Shown: piece by piece, positions 39,472 through 48,904 of the stretch
Layout: each line of letters starts with the position of its first letter
Position numbering within the stretch: the stretch's first letter is position 1
Assembly: GCA_036735985.1 (NCBI GenBank)
Contig: DAINNH010000002.1
Location: 1,095 to 65,094, forward strand
From: Candidatus Alectryobacillus sp.
Lineage (GTDB): Bacteria; Bacillota_I; Bacilli_A; RFN20; CAG-826
Length of the DNA: 64,000 nucleotides
Reading direction: 5' to 3'
The notes under the pieces: generated by a model
The model's input: only the letters and a program-made list of their open reading frames with translations
Databases searched by the model: none
Told to the model about the DNA's origin: nothing
Position numbers and translations under genes: made by a program

Positions 39472-40257
39472 TTAAATTCTATCTCCTAAAAGTTGTAATA
39501 ATTGCTTTTGTTCATCTTCTTCAAAATAACTAAAAACTGGTTTTAAATAACCATATGTAATTAAGTTGCGGGCTTCTTTTTCACTAATACCACGGCTTAA
39601 TAAATAAAACATATGATCATCATTCAAGGTGCCAACAGCCGCACCATGGCTCGCTTGAATATCATCATTATCAATTTTCAAAACTGGATTCGCTCGAGCT
39701 CGACATTTTTCATCAAAAATAATAATTTTTGCGATTTGGTTTGCACTAGATTTAACTGATTGCTTTTCTATTAAAGAACACCCATCAAAGTACAAAGTAG
39801 ATTCGCCGGCGGCAACTCCATAGTTATTCATTTTTGAAATTGTATTTATACCTTTATGATCAAAAGAAATATTATATCTTTTTATATTGTTTCCTAACGA
39901 AAGACTCGACATATTCCAAAAACTCTGCGAACCCACACCATTTAATGTAATATTGCTAACTAATTTGACACTTTTATTTGAAAAATCGACGCCGTTTACG
40001 ACTATTTTGGAATTTTCTCCTAAAAAAGCCGAAAATTTTAAATCAATATCGGAATCATCCGCTATAAAGTTAACTTGAACGTCACATTCATTTCCAATAT
40101 TAAAGACAATTTCCTTAACAAAAGATAGGTTTATAAACTTGATTTTTGATAAATTGTTGTCATTACAGGAAATCTCAACCGTTTCTGCATTAATTTTTGC
40201 AAAATCGATATATTTTTTCTCTGAATCGATTTCAATTTTACTTAGATTGGTTGCCAT
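39472..40257 (-). CDS. sufD: Fe-S cluster assembly protein SufD (short form)
   Basis: SufBD C-terminal beta-helix. The ORF-track start is a GTG; the ATG at 40257 is preferred. Confidence 0.75.
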   Translation of the reverse strand: MATNLSKIEIDSEKKYIDFAKINAETVEISCNDNNLSKIKFINLSFVKEIVFNIGNECDVQVNFIADDSDIDLKFSAFLGENSKIVVNGVDFSNKSVKLVSNITLNGVGSQSFWNMSSLSLGNNIKRYNISFDHKGINTISKMNNYGVAAGESTLYFDGCSLIEKQSVKSSANQIAKIIIFDEKCRARANPVLKIDNDDIQASHGAAVGTLNDDHMFYLLSRGISEKEARNLITYGYLKPVFSYFEEDEQKQLLQLLGDRI

Positions 40258-41071
40258 TTTTATAACTGTCCTTAATAGCACAAGATCCTAAAGAAACAAC
40301 TTTAACTTGTTCTTTTTCAATCTTAATTCCAAGTTCTTTCTCAATCCATTCATAGCCTTCTTTATCAATACGTTTAAAGAGCTCTGGACCACCAGTTACT
40401 GCAATTTTTCCATTAACAAGACAAACTGCCTTTGTAGGTTTAATCATATCGAATAAGCGAGAATAGTGAGATATAAGTAATAAACTAGCACCATTTTCAT
40501 GAGCTTTATTAATTTCGTTAGCTACGATATTGATTGCATCAGTATCAAGACCAGAATCAATTTCATCAAGCATAATCATCTTAGGATTTAATACTGCCAT
40601 TTGTAAAATTTCATTACGTTTCTTTTCGCCACCTGAAAAACCTTCATTAAGCGAACGATTGGTCATATCAAATGGAAATTTTAATTCATTACAAGCATTA
40701 TTTAATAAAGTGTAAAATTTGAAAAAAGAAATAGGAGTCTTTTCACGAGCATTAAGAGCAGCTTTTAAAAACTCAGCATTATTTACACCTGGAATTTCTG
40801 CTGGTAATTGCATCCCTAAAAACAATCCGGCACGAGCTCGTTCATCAACTTTCATTGCTAAAACATCTTTGCCATCATAAGTAATTGATCCTTTGGTAAC
40901 AATATAATGAGGGTTTCCCATAATAGCGTTAAGCAAAGTAGATTTACCGTGTCCATTAGGACCCAATAAAGCAACGACTTCATTTTCTTTGACGGTCAAA
41001 TCAACACCTTTAAGTATTTCACCACCATCAGCGGTTGTAACATATAAATCTTTAATAACAAGTTCACCCAT
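40238..41071 (-). CDS. sufC: Fe-S cluster assembly ATPase SufC
   Basis: Walker A GPNGHGKST and signature FSGGEKKR. Confidence 0.9.
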   Translation of the reverse strand: MGELVIKDLYVTTADGGEILKGVDLTVKENEVVALLGPNGHGKSTLLNAIMGNPHYIVTKGSITYDGKDVLAMKVDERARAGLFLGMQLPAEIPGVNNAEFLKAALNAREKTPISFFKFYTLLNNACNELKFPFDMTNRSLNEGFSGGEKKRNEILQMAVLNPKMIMLDEIDSGLDTDAINIVANEINKAHENGASLLLISHYSRLFDMIKPTKAVCLVNGKIAVTGGPELFKRIDKEGYEWIEKELGIKIEKEQVKVVSLGSCAIKDSYKNGNQSK

Positions 41072-41238
41072 AATTTCTCCAGCGTTTACTATTTTATATT
41101 ACGTTTTTTTGTATGTAAAACAATACGATAATTTAATTTCGTATTTATAAATATTATTAATATAATATTTGTAATTGCAAAAAGTAGTGTAAAAATATAC
41201 AATATAAAAGCGTTTAATTTTATGGGAGGAAAAAATAG

Positions 41239-43077
41239 ATGAATAATAAATTTAAATTATTCACTTTATCAGCGATTGCTACGATGTCCTTAGGCCTTGT
41301 GGCTTGCGACGTTACATCTAAAGATGGCGTTGTTATCGATTTTAAGAACGATGGAACAAGTTCTGAAATTACAGCTGATGAGTTATATGAACAATATAAA
41401 TTAACGTCTACCGGCGCAAAAGCTTATTATGATGCCATTTATAACGTTGTAATACGTCATGAAATGGGTTTAAGCAAGAATGCTGCCAAGAAAAAAGAGT
41501 TAGTTACAAAAGCTGAATCACAAGTTCAAGGTATTAAAGATACTGCGACAGATAACGCTAAAACAAACAAAACAAATTATGATGATGAATTGAAAAAGTT
41601 ACTCGATTCCAATGGTGTCGATACTCTTACACAACTTCAAACCAAATTCGAAGATAGTCTTTTTAAGACCTATCTCACTGACAATTTCTATGATTGGTCA
41701 ATGGAATATCTTAAAGATGGCACTATTACCAAAACAATGCAAACGGAAGATGCTGATGGAAGCACCGCTTTAAGTAAAATCTCTTTCGATTCTTATTTAA
41801 ATGATTTACTTCCTTATCACGTTAAACATATTTTAGTAAACGTTTCAGCCGCAAGCGGCGAATATGCTCTTGGAAAAATTAGCGAAAGCGAAGCGACCAA
41901 GATAAGTTATGTTATTAAACGTTTATCAGAAATTTCTTCTTCAAATACGTTCGGTCGTATTGCTAAATCATCAAGCGATGATTCAACAAGCGCTAAAAAT
42001 GAAGGTGATCTTGGCATTATGTCAAGAAATACATCGTTTGTTAATGAATTTAAATTAGGTGTTTACACCTATGATTCATTATTTAACAATCAATTTGCAA
42101 CTAATACTGCTGAAACCAATAAAATTGGTTTAAAGAATAGTACAGATGCTGCAATGGTCACTCGTAAAGAACAACTTGCCGCTTTAGGTTTAGGTGAAAT
42201 TCCTTATGGTGCTGCTGTTAAATTAAACGAATATGCTAACGTTACCACCGATAATGACGGTCACGTTGTTAACTTAGGTGCCGAAGTATCTTATCCACGC
42301 AATATTTACTTCAATAAGTTCTTCAATATGCACAACATTTCTGTTATCACTAGCGATAGTGTTGATAATAATGGTAATGTTGTTAACGATAAAGCTTATG
42401 CAGGCAATTCTGGTTTCAAAGATGTCCAAATCTTAAATGGCGCAGGCGTCGTTCAAACTAAAAATATTCTTTGTGATGAAAACGGTCAACCTATCTTAGT
42501 TTGCCGTGCCGGTACAGGTGATTCAACTTCAACCAATGGTTCCACAGGTTATCAAGGTATTCACTTTATTGTTGTCCAAAGAAGTGCTCTTACTGCAACT
42601 GATGCTAATGGCGTCTCTTTAAGTGATTATTACACCACTTATTTACCAGGTAGCACTAATTTCCCTAAGAAAAATGATAAAGAAGAAGTTTGCTATGTAA
42701 ACTACTTCCAATCTGATAATTCAACTTATCTTTCACGTAGTAATACTCTTAAAGACGATATTAAGAAAACTGATCCATCAATCGATTTAAAGATGTATCA
42801 ATATTTCTTTAATAAGTCTGGTGCTACTATCAAAAACACAACCATCACTGCTCAAATCGACAAATATATTTATTCCACCGAAATTCGTAATGGATATGAT
42901 GCCAAAAAGAAGTATGCTGATGCTTGGAAAGACTATTGCAATATGTTAGGTGTTCAATCTAATAAACAGAGCCGCAAATTCCCATCAACTTGTGCTTTAA
43001 AGTTTAAAGAAGCCAATACAACATATGCTGCTGATTTTAGTTACGGAGGCGAATGTTATTATGAAAAAGAAGCTTAA
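41239..43077 (+). CDS. prsA: Lipoprotein with a parvulin-type peptidyl-prolyl isomerase domain (PrsA-like foldase, double length)
   Basis: Lipobox LVACDV. Parvulin signature HVKHILV...AKSSSDDSTSAKNEGDLGIMSR...FVNEF. 612 aa, against about 300 aa for a typical PrsA. Confidence 0.65.
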   Translation: MNNKFKLFTLSAIATMSLGLVACDVTSKDGVVIDFKNDGTSSEITADELYEQYKLTSTGAKAYYDAIYNVVIRHEMGLSKNAAKKKELVTKAESQVQGIKDTATDNAKTNKTNYDDELKKLLDSNGVDTLTQLQTKFEDSLFKTYLTDNFYDWSMEYLKDGTITKTMQTEDADGSTALSKISFDSYLNDLLPYHVKHILVNVSAASGEYALGKISESEATKISYVIKRLSEISSSNTFGRIAKSSSDDSTSAKNEGDLGIMSRNTSFVNEFKLGVYTYDSLFNNQFATNTAETNKIGLKNSTDAAMVTRKEQLAALGLGEIPYGAAVKLNEYANVTTDNDGHVVNLGAEVSYPRNIYFNKFFNMHNISVITSDSVDNNGNVVNDKAYAGNSGFKDVQILNGAGVVQTKNILCDENGQPILVCRAGTGDSTSTNGSTGYQGIHFIVVQRSALTATDANGVSLSDYYTTYLPGSTNFPKKNDKEEVCYVNYFQSDNSTYLSRSNTLKDDIKKTDPSIDLKMYQYFFNKSGATIKNTTITAQIDKYIYSTEIRNGYDAKKKYADAWKDYCNMLGVQSNKQSRKFPSTCALKFKEANTTYAADFSYGGECYYEKEA

Positions 43078-44818
43078 TTATATTCCAAAGTTATTTCTTG
43101 CTCTTGGTGCAATTGTTGCTTTAACATCTTGTGATGATATCCAAGCAAAACCAAGTGATTATAACAACAATCTTGTTGATGTTAGTGGTGACGCCTTAGC
43201 AAATAACGTTGAACAATTAGTTTATAAACAACTCCATGACTCCACAACTTATGGAAGTGATGTTGCTAATTTAGTATTCAAAAAAGTTTTTGAAAAACGT
43301 TTTGGTACTTTAGCAGAAATCACCGCCGCTTCAAAAGGCGATGAAGCCGCTCACAACACTTTTGCTGACACACATATCGGCTACCAAGTTCTTGATGCCG
43401 CCAGCAAACGTCTCACTGATGAAGCTTCTAAGAAACTTGAAAGATCTAATATTGATAGAATCTATAAACAAATGCAAAAAGAAATTGCTACTGGTTTATT
43501 TACCAACTTAAATTCTTCAAGTAACAAAATTGACGATTTATATAACGAAAAGCTCTTCGCTATGGATTTATATAAGGATTTATATACAATCCCAGGCGTA
43601 AGTTCCGTTGCAGATTTTAATAACCTTGCTTTTTATGGAAACGATACTGGCATCTTATTAACTGCTAATCAAAAACTTTGGGATGAAGAAAGTAATGATT
43701 GGGTTAAAACTCAAGGTTTACTCCATTTAGGTTTAAATGGTGATGCCAATTATTATGAAGATTATATTAACCGTAAACTTCTTCCTGCCATTGAACAAAA
43801 GATTTTGACAGAACAATATTTATATGGTCAATCATATTCTTCTTTTGGTCGTAAATATGGCCGTGAAATTGAATTTATTTCTATTCCAGAATTATTACCT
43901 GTCGCAGGACAAGTCTTTAATTGGGGTGATACAAGTAAACTTTGTATGGCTTTTGCTGAAAATCTTAAAGATAACGATACCACAAATGATGATTTCGAAA
44001 TCTTAGCTGATGCTTATCGTGGAATCGATATCGGCGATGGTTTATGGGCTAAAGCTGAAGCGTTACTTACCACTGCAGGTTTTACAAAACAAAATGCTCC
44101 TGCTACTGATTTCGAAGCTCTTTCAACAGCCGAAGAAAAGGATGCTTTCAATAATATTCAACCTTATTATTATTATGGAACTATCTATGGTAATAATATG
44201 CATGAATTCAAGAAGATTAAGAATAAAGCTTCTAAAGAATCCACTACCGCTGAATCAAAGTATTCTTCAAATGGTAATTATTCATATTTCCATGGCTTTG
44301 AACTTGAAACACATGCTAATAAACTTAAAGATTACACCAACCAAGGTTGGGCTTTAAAATCAAGCACAAGCTTCACTTTACCAGATGATATTAAGACAAG
44401 ATTATTTAACATTAATGTTTCAATTGATTATGAAAACGTTAAAGCTAAAACAACAACTTCAAAATATCTTACAACATTAGGTGATGGTGTTTATCTCACT
44501 CCTGAAGATACACAAAGACAAGATAACTATACTTATCTCTGGAGTATTTCTTCAACATATTACTTTGTAAGAGTTAAAGAAGCTGCTTCTACCACCAAGC
44601 TTTCAAAAACTAGTGATGGATCCTATACAAAGATTAAAAATGACGGTGGCATTTATAGCGACGATGTCGCATATGAAATTGCTAACTTAATGTCAGCTGA
44701 TTCAACCACTAAAACAAATGCTCTTGAATACATTTTAGAGAATTCTAGCATCTCCTATCACGATCAAGACATCTACAATTATTTCAAGTCCACCTATCCA
44801 GCTTTATTTGAAAATTAA
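43061..44818 (+). CDS. Lipoprotein, unknown function (possible PrsA-like chaperone-domain paralog lacking the PPIase domain)
   Basis: Lipobox LTSCDD. GGAGG sits 11 nt upstream of the ATG at 43061. No catalytic motif found. Confidence 0.5.
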   Translation: MKKKLNYIPKLFLALGAIVALTSCDDIQAKPSDYNNNLVDVSGDALANNVEQLVYKQLHDSTTYGSDVANLVFKKVFEKRFGTLAEITAASKGDEAAHNTFADTHIGYQVLDAASKRLTDEASKKLERSNIDRIYKQMQKEIATGLFTNLNSSSNKIDDLYNEKLFAMDLYKDLYTIPGVSSVADFNNLAFYGNDTGILLTANQKLWDEESNDWVKTQGLLHLGLNGDANYYEDYINRKLLPAIEQKILTEQYLYGQSYSSFGRKYGREIEFISIPELLPVAGQVFNWGDTSKLCMAFAENLKDNDTTNDDFEILADAYRGIDIGDGLWAKAEALLTTAGFTKQNAPATDFEALSTAEEKDAFNNIQPYYYYGTIYGNNMHEFKKIKNKASKESTTAESKYSSNGNYSYFHGFELETHANKLKDYTNQGWALKSSTSFTLPDDIKTRLFNINVSIDYENVKAKTTTSKYLTTLGDGVYLTPEDTQRQDNYTYLWSISSTYYFVRVKEAASTTKLSKTSDGSYTKIKNDGGIYSDDVAYEIANLMSADSTTKTNALEYILENSSISYHDQDIYNYFKSTYPALFEN

Positions 44819-44837
44819 TTTTCGATAACTGAATAAC

Positions 44838-44866
44838 AAAAGGCACCAATTTTGGTGCCTTTTTTG
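44838..44866 (+). terminator. Rho-independent terminator (AAAAGGCACC-loop-GGTGCCTTTTTT)
   Basis: Stem-loop plus T-run after the lipoprotein gene. Confidence 0.75.
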
Positions 44867-44966
44867 ATATTTTAATAGTGGATTTTACACTTTAAAGTAA
44901 TTAATAATTAATTATTCAAAATTAAATAAACATAAAAATATTGTCCAAAATTAAATTAACAATGTA

Positions 44967-44994
44967 TTGAAAATAATTAATATAAGTATATAAT
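44967..44994 (+). promoter_or_regulatory. Promoter (TTGAAA, 16-nt spacer, TATAAT) for the lipoprotein gene at 45019
   Basis: Consensus hexamers read directly; the ribosome-binding site AGGGGGT follows. Confidence 0.5.
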
Positions 44995-45018
44995 ATCAGT
45001 GTTTAGGGGGTATTTAAT

Positions 45019-45690
45019 ATGAAAACTAAATTATTTAAGACTTTTATTCTTCTAGTCGGTGCTGCTTTATCACTCACGTCTTGTGGTGAAAAAACAATCA
45101 CAAAAGAAGAAGCTGCGTCACAAGAAACAAAAATGGCTCAACATGTCAGTGAAGATTCCTTTGAGTCTCCAAAAAAGCTTTCTGGTACATTTACAATTGG
45201 AGATTCTACTGGTTCCGTTGATTTAAGTGTTAATGATAAGTATTTTCACACTGTTGCTCACGCAAAAAGAGATGGAATTACTGTCGATGTTGAATCTTGG
45301 GTATATGTAAAAGATGGTAAATTATATACTGTCAGCAATGGCAATGGTATTCTTGGAAAGGTTTATACTGAAACTACATGGAATGAAAGTTCTCCATCTT
45401 ATGACTTTAAAGCTCAATCAACTACATATGTCAGTGGTAGTTATGCTGATGCAAGTGCATTCTTTGCTCTTAGCGTTACATTCTCATCTGAATCTTATAA
45501 ATCAGATGGCGATGGAAGCTTAATCATTGATGCTTCTACTTCAGACAAAGATACATACCATTTCGAATTTAATAATTATTTATTAACAAACGAAAAAACT
45601 GTTATTTCTGGCGTTACAACTGAAATAAAAATAAACATTGGTAGTTGCAATGTTTCTTATCCAAATTTAAGCGATTATAAAGCTCAATAG
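45019..45690 (+). CDS. Lipoprotein, unknown function
   Basis: Signal peptide plus lipobox LTSCGE; 223 aa. Confidence 0.55.
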   Translation: MKTKLFKTFILLVGAALSLTSCGEKTITKEEAASQETKMAQHVSEDSFESPKKLSGTFTIGDSTGSVDLSVNDKYFHTVAHAKRDGITVDVESWVYVKDGKLYTVSNGNGILGKVYTETTWNESSPSYDFKAQSTTYVSGSYADASAFFALSVTFSSESYKSDGDGSLIIDASTSDKDTYHFEFNNYLLTNEKTVISGVTTEIKINIGSCNVSYPNLSDYKAQ

Positions 45691-45715
45691 TTTAAGATAG
45701 GTCAAAAATGAAATT

Positions 45716-45742
45716 AAGACACTAGCAATAGTGTCTTTTTTT
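45716..45742 (+). terminator. Rho-independent terminator (AAGACACTA-GCAA-TAGTGTCTT plus T7)
   Basis: 9-bp stem and T-run. Confidence 0.75.
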
Positions 45743-45743
45743 C

Positions 45744-45795
45744 TTGCGAATCGTTAATAAAAGAGAGATCGGCCTCAAATATCAACGATTCGCAA
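45744..45795. promoter_or_regulatory. Perfect 12-bp inverted repeat TTGCGAATCGTT...AACGATTCGCAA with a 28-nt spacer, upstream of the HIT gene
   Basis: Seen in the sequence. Candidate operator or long-loop hairpin. Confidence 0.35.
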
Positions 45796-45875
45796 TATTT
45801 TATATAATTTTTGTTAGTATTGTTTTTCATATCAAAATTAATAAAATATAATATAATAAATAAGAGGTAGAAAAT

Positions 45876-46295
45876 ATGGAAAAAGATTGTATTTTTTGCA
45901 AGATTGGACAAAAGAAAATTCCATCAAATATTGTTTATGAAGATGCCGATGTCATTGCAATATTAGATATTTCGCAAACAACAAAAGGTCATACTCTTGT
46001 TATGCCAAAAGCTCATTATGATTCTTTTTTATCCACTCCTCCAGAAATAGTAAATAAGGTATATCGTGTTGCCCAAAAAATTTCTATTCTTTTAGTACAT
46101 GATTTTAAAGCTAAAGGCGTAAATATTTTAACAAATTGTGGCGAAGCCGCTGGACAATCTGTTCACCATTTTCATGTTCATGTAATTCCACGTTACATTG
46201 CAACAGATGGTTTTAAAATTGAAATGCTAAAGAATGAAGATTTAAATAAAATTAACCTTCCAGCATTAGCCGAAGACATAAAGTCAAAAATGTAA
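45876..46295 (+). CDS. hit: HIT-family (histidine triad) nucleotide hydrolase
   Basis: HxHxHxx motif HHFHVHVIP. Confidence 0.85.
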   Translation: MEKDCIFCKIGQKKIPSNIVYEDADVIAILDISQTTKGHTLVMPKAHYDSFLSTPPEIVNKVYRVAQKISILLVHDFKAKGVNILTNCGEAAGQSVHHFHVHVIPRYIATDGFKIEMLKNEDLNKINLPALAEDIKSKM

Positions 46296-46334
46296 AATAT
46301 CAGTGTTCTGCACAGTTATTAATTATTAAATAAT

Positions 46335-46362
46335 AAAAAATCCAGCTTTTGCTGGATTTTTA
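46335..46362. terminator. Bidirectional terminator (AAAAATCCAGC-TTTT-GCTGGATTTTT) between the convergent hit and yhaM genes
   Basis: 11-bp stem flanked by an A-run and a T-run. Confidence 0.8.
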
Positions 46363-47316
46363 TTATTTCTTTGGTTTATATAGACAACGATCGTCTAATT
46401 GGAAAAGATGTTGTGTAAAGTCACCAATAACAGTATCGTCTAGTGTCTTCTCCATAAAGTTTTCTTTTGCATCAAGGTCGTCAGCAATAGATAATAGGAC
46501 AGCCTCTCTTGTCATTGGAAGTACTGGCGAACCAAACTCTAAATGACCGTGATGAGATAGAACAAGGTGTTCAAGTAGAACTCGCTTTTCTTCATCAATT
46601 TTTAAAGCTTTGCAAGTGTTGCTAACTTCACAATACCCTATCGCAATATGCCCAACTAAACGGCCTTCCGTTGTATATTTTGGGATTAACGGGGATGAAA
46701 ATTCGACAATTTTGCCAATATCATGAAGCAAAGCACCAGTTAAAAGCAAATCACGATTTAGTGTAGGATAATGATCACATAGATAATCACAAATTTCTGC
46801 TACAGAAATCGAATGAGTAACTAAACCTCGAGAAAAAGCATGATGATTACGAACAGCCGCTGGATAAATATATAAATCCTCTAAGTGACGTTTATAAATA
46901 TCATCAAGAACTGCACGATACTCGTCATCTTTTATCTTATCATGAAGAATTTTAAACTTAGATTGCAATTCATTTAGTGAAAATTCGCTCGTTGGAACGT
47001 AAATTGTTAAATCTTCATATTGAGCATCTACCAAAGAAGCGTTATCAATCTTTAATTGGAGTTTTTCTTTATATTTAATAACATCTCCATCAAGAACAAT
47101 AATATTGCCTGCGGTAAATAAAGGAATATCCTCATCCTCGATTGACCAAACTTTTGCGTCAATTTGACCGGAGCAATCTTGTAAAACAACATTTAAATAA
47201 GCTTGTCCCGCATTTGTTACGCCTTTAACTGAAGTGACAACAAGAAATTTCTCATCCTCCACTCTTTTTCCATCGAATAAATCTTTAATCATATTTTTAA
47301 GTCCTTTCTTTATCAA
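46363..47316 (-). CDS. yhaM: 3'-5' exoribonuclease YhaM (OB-fold plus HD domain)
   Basis: N-terminal OB-fold and HD motif LLHDIGK...HH; about 317 aa, like B. subtilis YhaM. Confidence 0.7.
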   Translation of the reverse strand: MIKKGLKNMIKDLFDGKRVEDEKFLVVTSVKGVTNAGQAYLNVVLQDCSGQIDAKVWSIEDEDIPLFTAGNIIVLDGDVIKYKEKLQLKIDNASLVDAQYEDLTIYVPTSEFSLNELQSKFKILHDKIKDDEYRAVLDDIYKRHLEDLYIYPAAVRNHHAFSRGLVTHSISVAEICDYLCDHYPTLNRDLLLTGALLHDIGKIVEFSSPLIPKYTTEGRLVGHIAIGYCEVSNTCKALKIDEEKRVLLEHLVLSHHGHLEFGSPVLPMTREAVLLSIADDLDAKENFMEKTLDDTVIGDFTQHLFQLDDRCLYKPKK

Positions 47317-47749
47317 TTATATAGTTAATTGCTCTCTTTGAAAAACCTAAATAACTAAATTTTTGAAAAATTTTAAATTTTTGTTCATTTGTATCATATT
47401 TTTTAAATTTATGCTTGTTTATTTCATAAGCTTTATCAATTGCTTTCTTCTCATTTTCATAAGTATAGAGAATATAATTTTTACAGTTGATATGTTTAGA
47501 ATTTAAATAAGCCCTAAACCGTAGTTCACCATAGCCTTTAATAACAAATAGATTAATCAAACGCTTAAGAAATTCATCATCTTTTAGATAATTATTCCTT
47601 TCTAAATAACGCATCACTTCATTTGTTGTCTTGTAGTCATAGTTTTCATAAAGTTTATAGCGAATAGTATCGCTATGATAAATTTTTGATTTTAACAATC
47701 GTTTAACGTATTTTTTAGCCTTTTCACTAGAAGTGCTTTCGTACGACAC
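47297..47749 (-). CDS. RecX-like regulatory protein (tentative)
   Basis: 150 aa of repeated three-helix modules with Y/L-rich patterns (YLERNNYLKDDEFLKRLI...KGYG). Weak. Confidence 0.35.
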   Translation of the reverse strand: MSYESTSSEKAKKYVKRLLKSKIYHSDTIRYKLYENYDYKTTNEVMRYLERNNYLKDDEFLKRLINLFVIKGYGELRFRAYLNSKHINCKNYILYTYENEKKAIDKAYEINKHKFKKYDTNEQKFKIFQKFSYLGFSKRAINYIIDKERT

Positions 47750-48902
47750 CTAAATAAACCTCCATCACATTTTTGTAGAAATTTTCTAAAGAGTACTTAT
47801 CAACGCTTTGATAAGCTCTTTCTTGCATCTCTACTAAATAAGTGGAGTCTAAAGACAAAAATTCTGTAACTTTTTTATCAAAATCTTCATATGTTCCAAA
47901 AAAATAACCATTTAGTCCATCATTAATTAATGATGACAAATTAAAATCGTAGCGTGAAAGAACTGGACGATGGCAGGCCATTGCTTCGATATATGTCAAA
48001 CCTTGAGTTTCGGTTAGACTTGCTGAAATAAACAAATCCGCACAAAAATAGTAAAATGGTGTTTCAATAGGGTCAACTTTTCCAATAAAATGCACGAATG
48101 GTTGAGTTTTTGAATCCTCACACATTTTCATGAGTTTCTTTTTAATTGGTCCATCACCAACAACAAGAAGATGGAGATTCTTCATATTGTGTTCATTTAC
48201 GAAACGATTAAAATTTTCAATAATGACATCTACAGATTTTTCATCACCAAGTCTTCCTAATGACAAAAAAACTTTTGAATTCTCAGCAATTTCCAACTTT
48301 TTGAATAACTCTTCTCTTTTTTGAGGGAAATCTTCTAAAGGCAAAAAACGTTGCAGATCTAAGCCGGTTGGAACAATACTAATATATTTTGAAACACCAG
48401 TGCGTCTTAGGTAATCTTTAGTTTTTTGACTTGGGGCAATAATTCCATTTGAATTGTCACAAACATCTTTGGTGTATTCGCGAACTGCAAATTTTGCAAA
48501 ACGATCCACTTTACCCTTCGTGGCGTAAGCCGAATAATCCTCATACATTGTATGATAAGTATAAACTAATGGAATATTCAATTTTTTGGCAACAATTCGG
48601 CCAAATTCAGAAACCAACAAATCAGCATGAACATGAATAACATCAATTTTCGCTTTTTTAAGAATTTTAAAAACACGATTAGAGTACATGCTCGTAAGGA
48701 CATAATTATAAAGAAATTTTAACTTAATTCCAGGCATACGAATAATATGTCCATCAATAATTAATTTTTTATTGAAAGGATTAGAAGTAATAACATAAAC
48801 ATTTTCACCATGCTCACAAAGAGTTTTATATAGGGTAAAAACGCTGGTTGCCACACCATTTACTTCAGGAACATAAGTATCAGTAAACAATGCAATATTC
48901 AT
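47727..48902 (-). CDS. GT4 glycosyltransferase, 1,2-diacylglycerol 3-glucosyltransferase-like (Acholeplasma MGS type)
   Basis: N-terminus MNIALFTDTYVPEVNGVATSV parallels alMGS. EX7E-type C-terminal GT-B motif region. Confidence 0.7.
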   Translation of the reverse strand: MNIALFTDTYVPEVNGVATSVFTLYKTLCEHGENVYVITSNPFNKKLIIDGHIIRMPGIKLKFLYNYVLTSMYSNRVFKILKKAKIDVIHVHADLLVSEFGRIVAKKLNIPLVYTYHTMYEDYSAYATKGKVDRFAKFAVREYTKDVCDNSNGIIAPSQKTKDYLRRTGVSKYISIVPTGLDLQRFLPLEDFPQKREELFKKLEIAENSKVFLSLGRLGDEKSVDVIIENFNRFVNEHNMKNLHLLVVGDGPIKKKLMKMCEDSKTQPFVHFIGKVDPIETPFYYFCADLFISASLTETQGLTYIEAMACHRPVLSRYDFNLSSLINDGLNGYFFGTYEDFDKKVTEFLSLDSTYLVEMQERAYQSVDKYSLENFYKNVMEVYLGVVRKHF

Positions 48903-48904
48903 AT

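Noticed and set aside
45714-45911. Minus-strand 65-aa ORF
   Set aside because: It spans a terminator hairpin, the 12-bp inverted repeat and the HIT gene start, has an AT-rich low-complexity translation, and is not credible as a gene.
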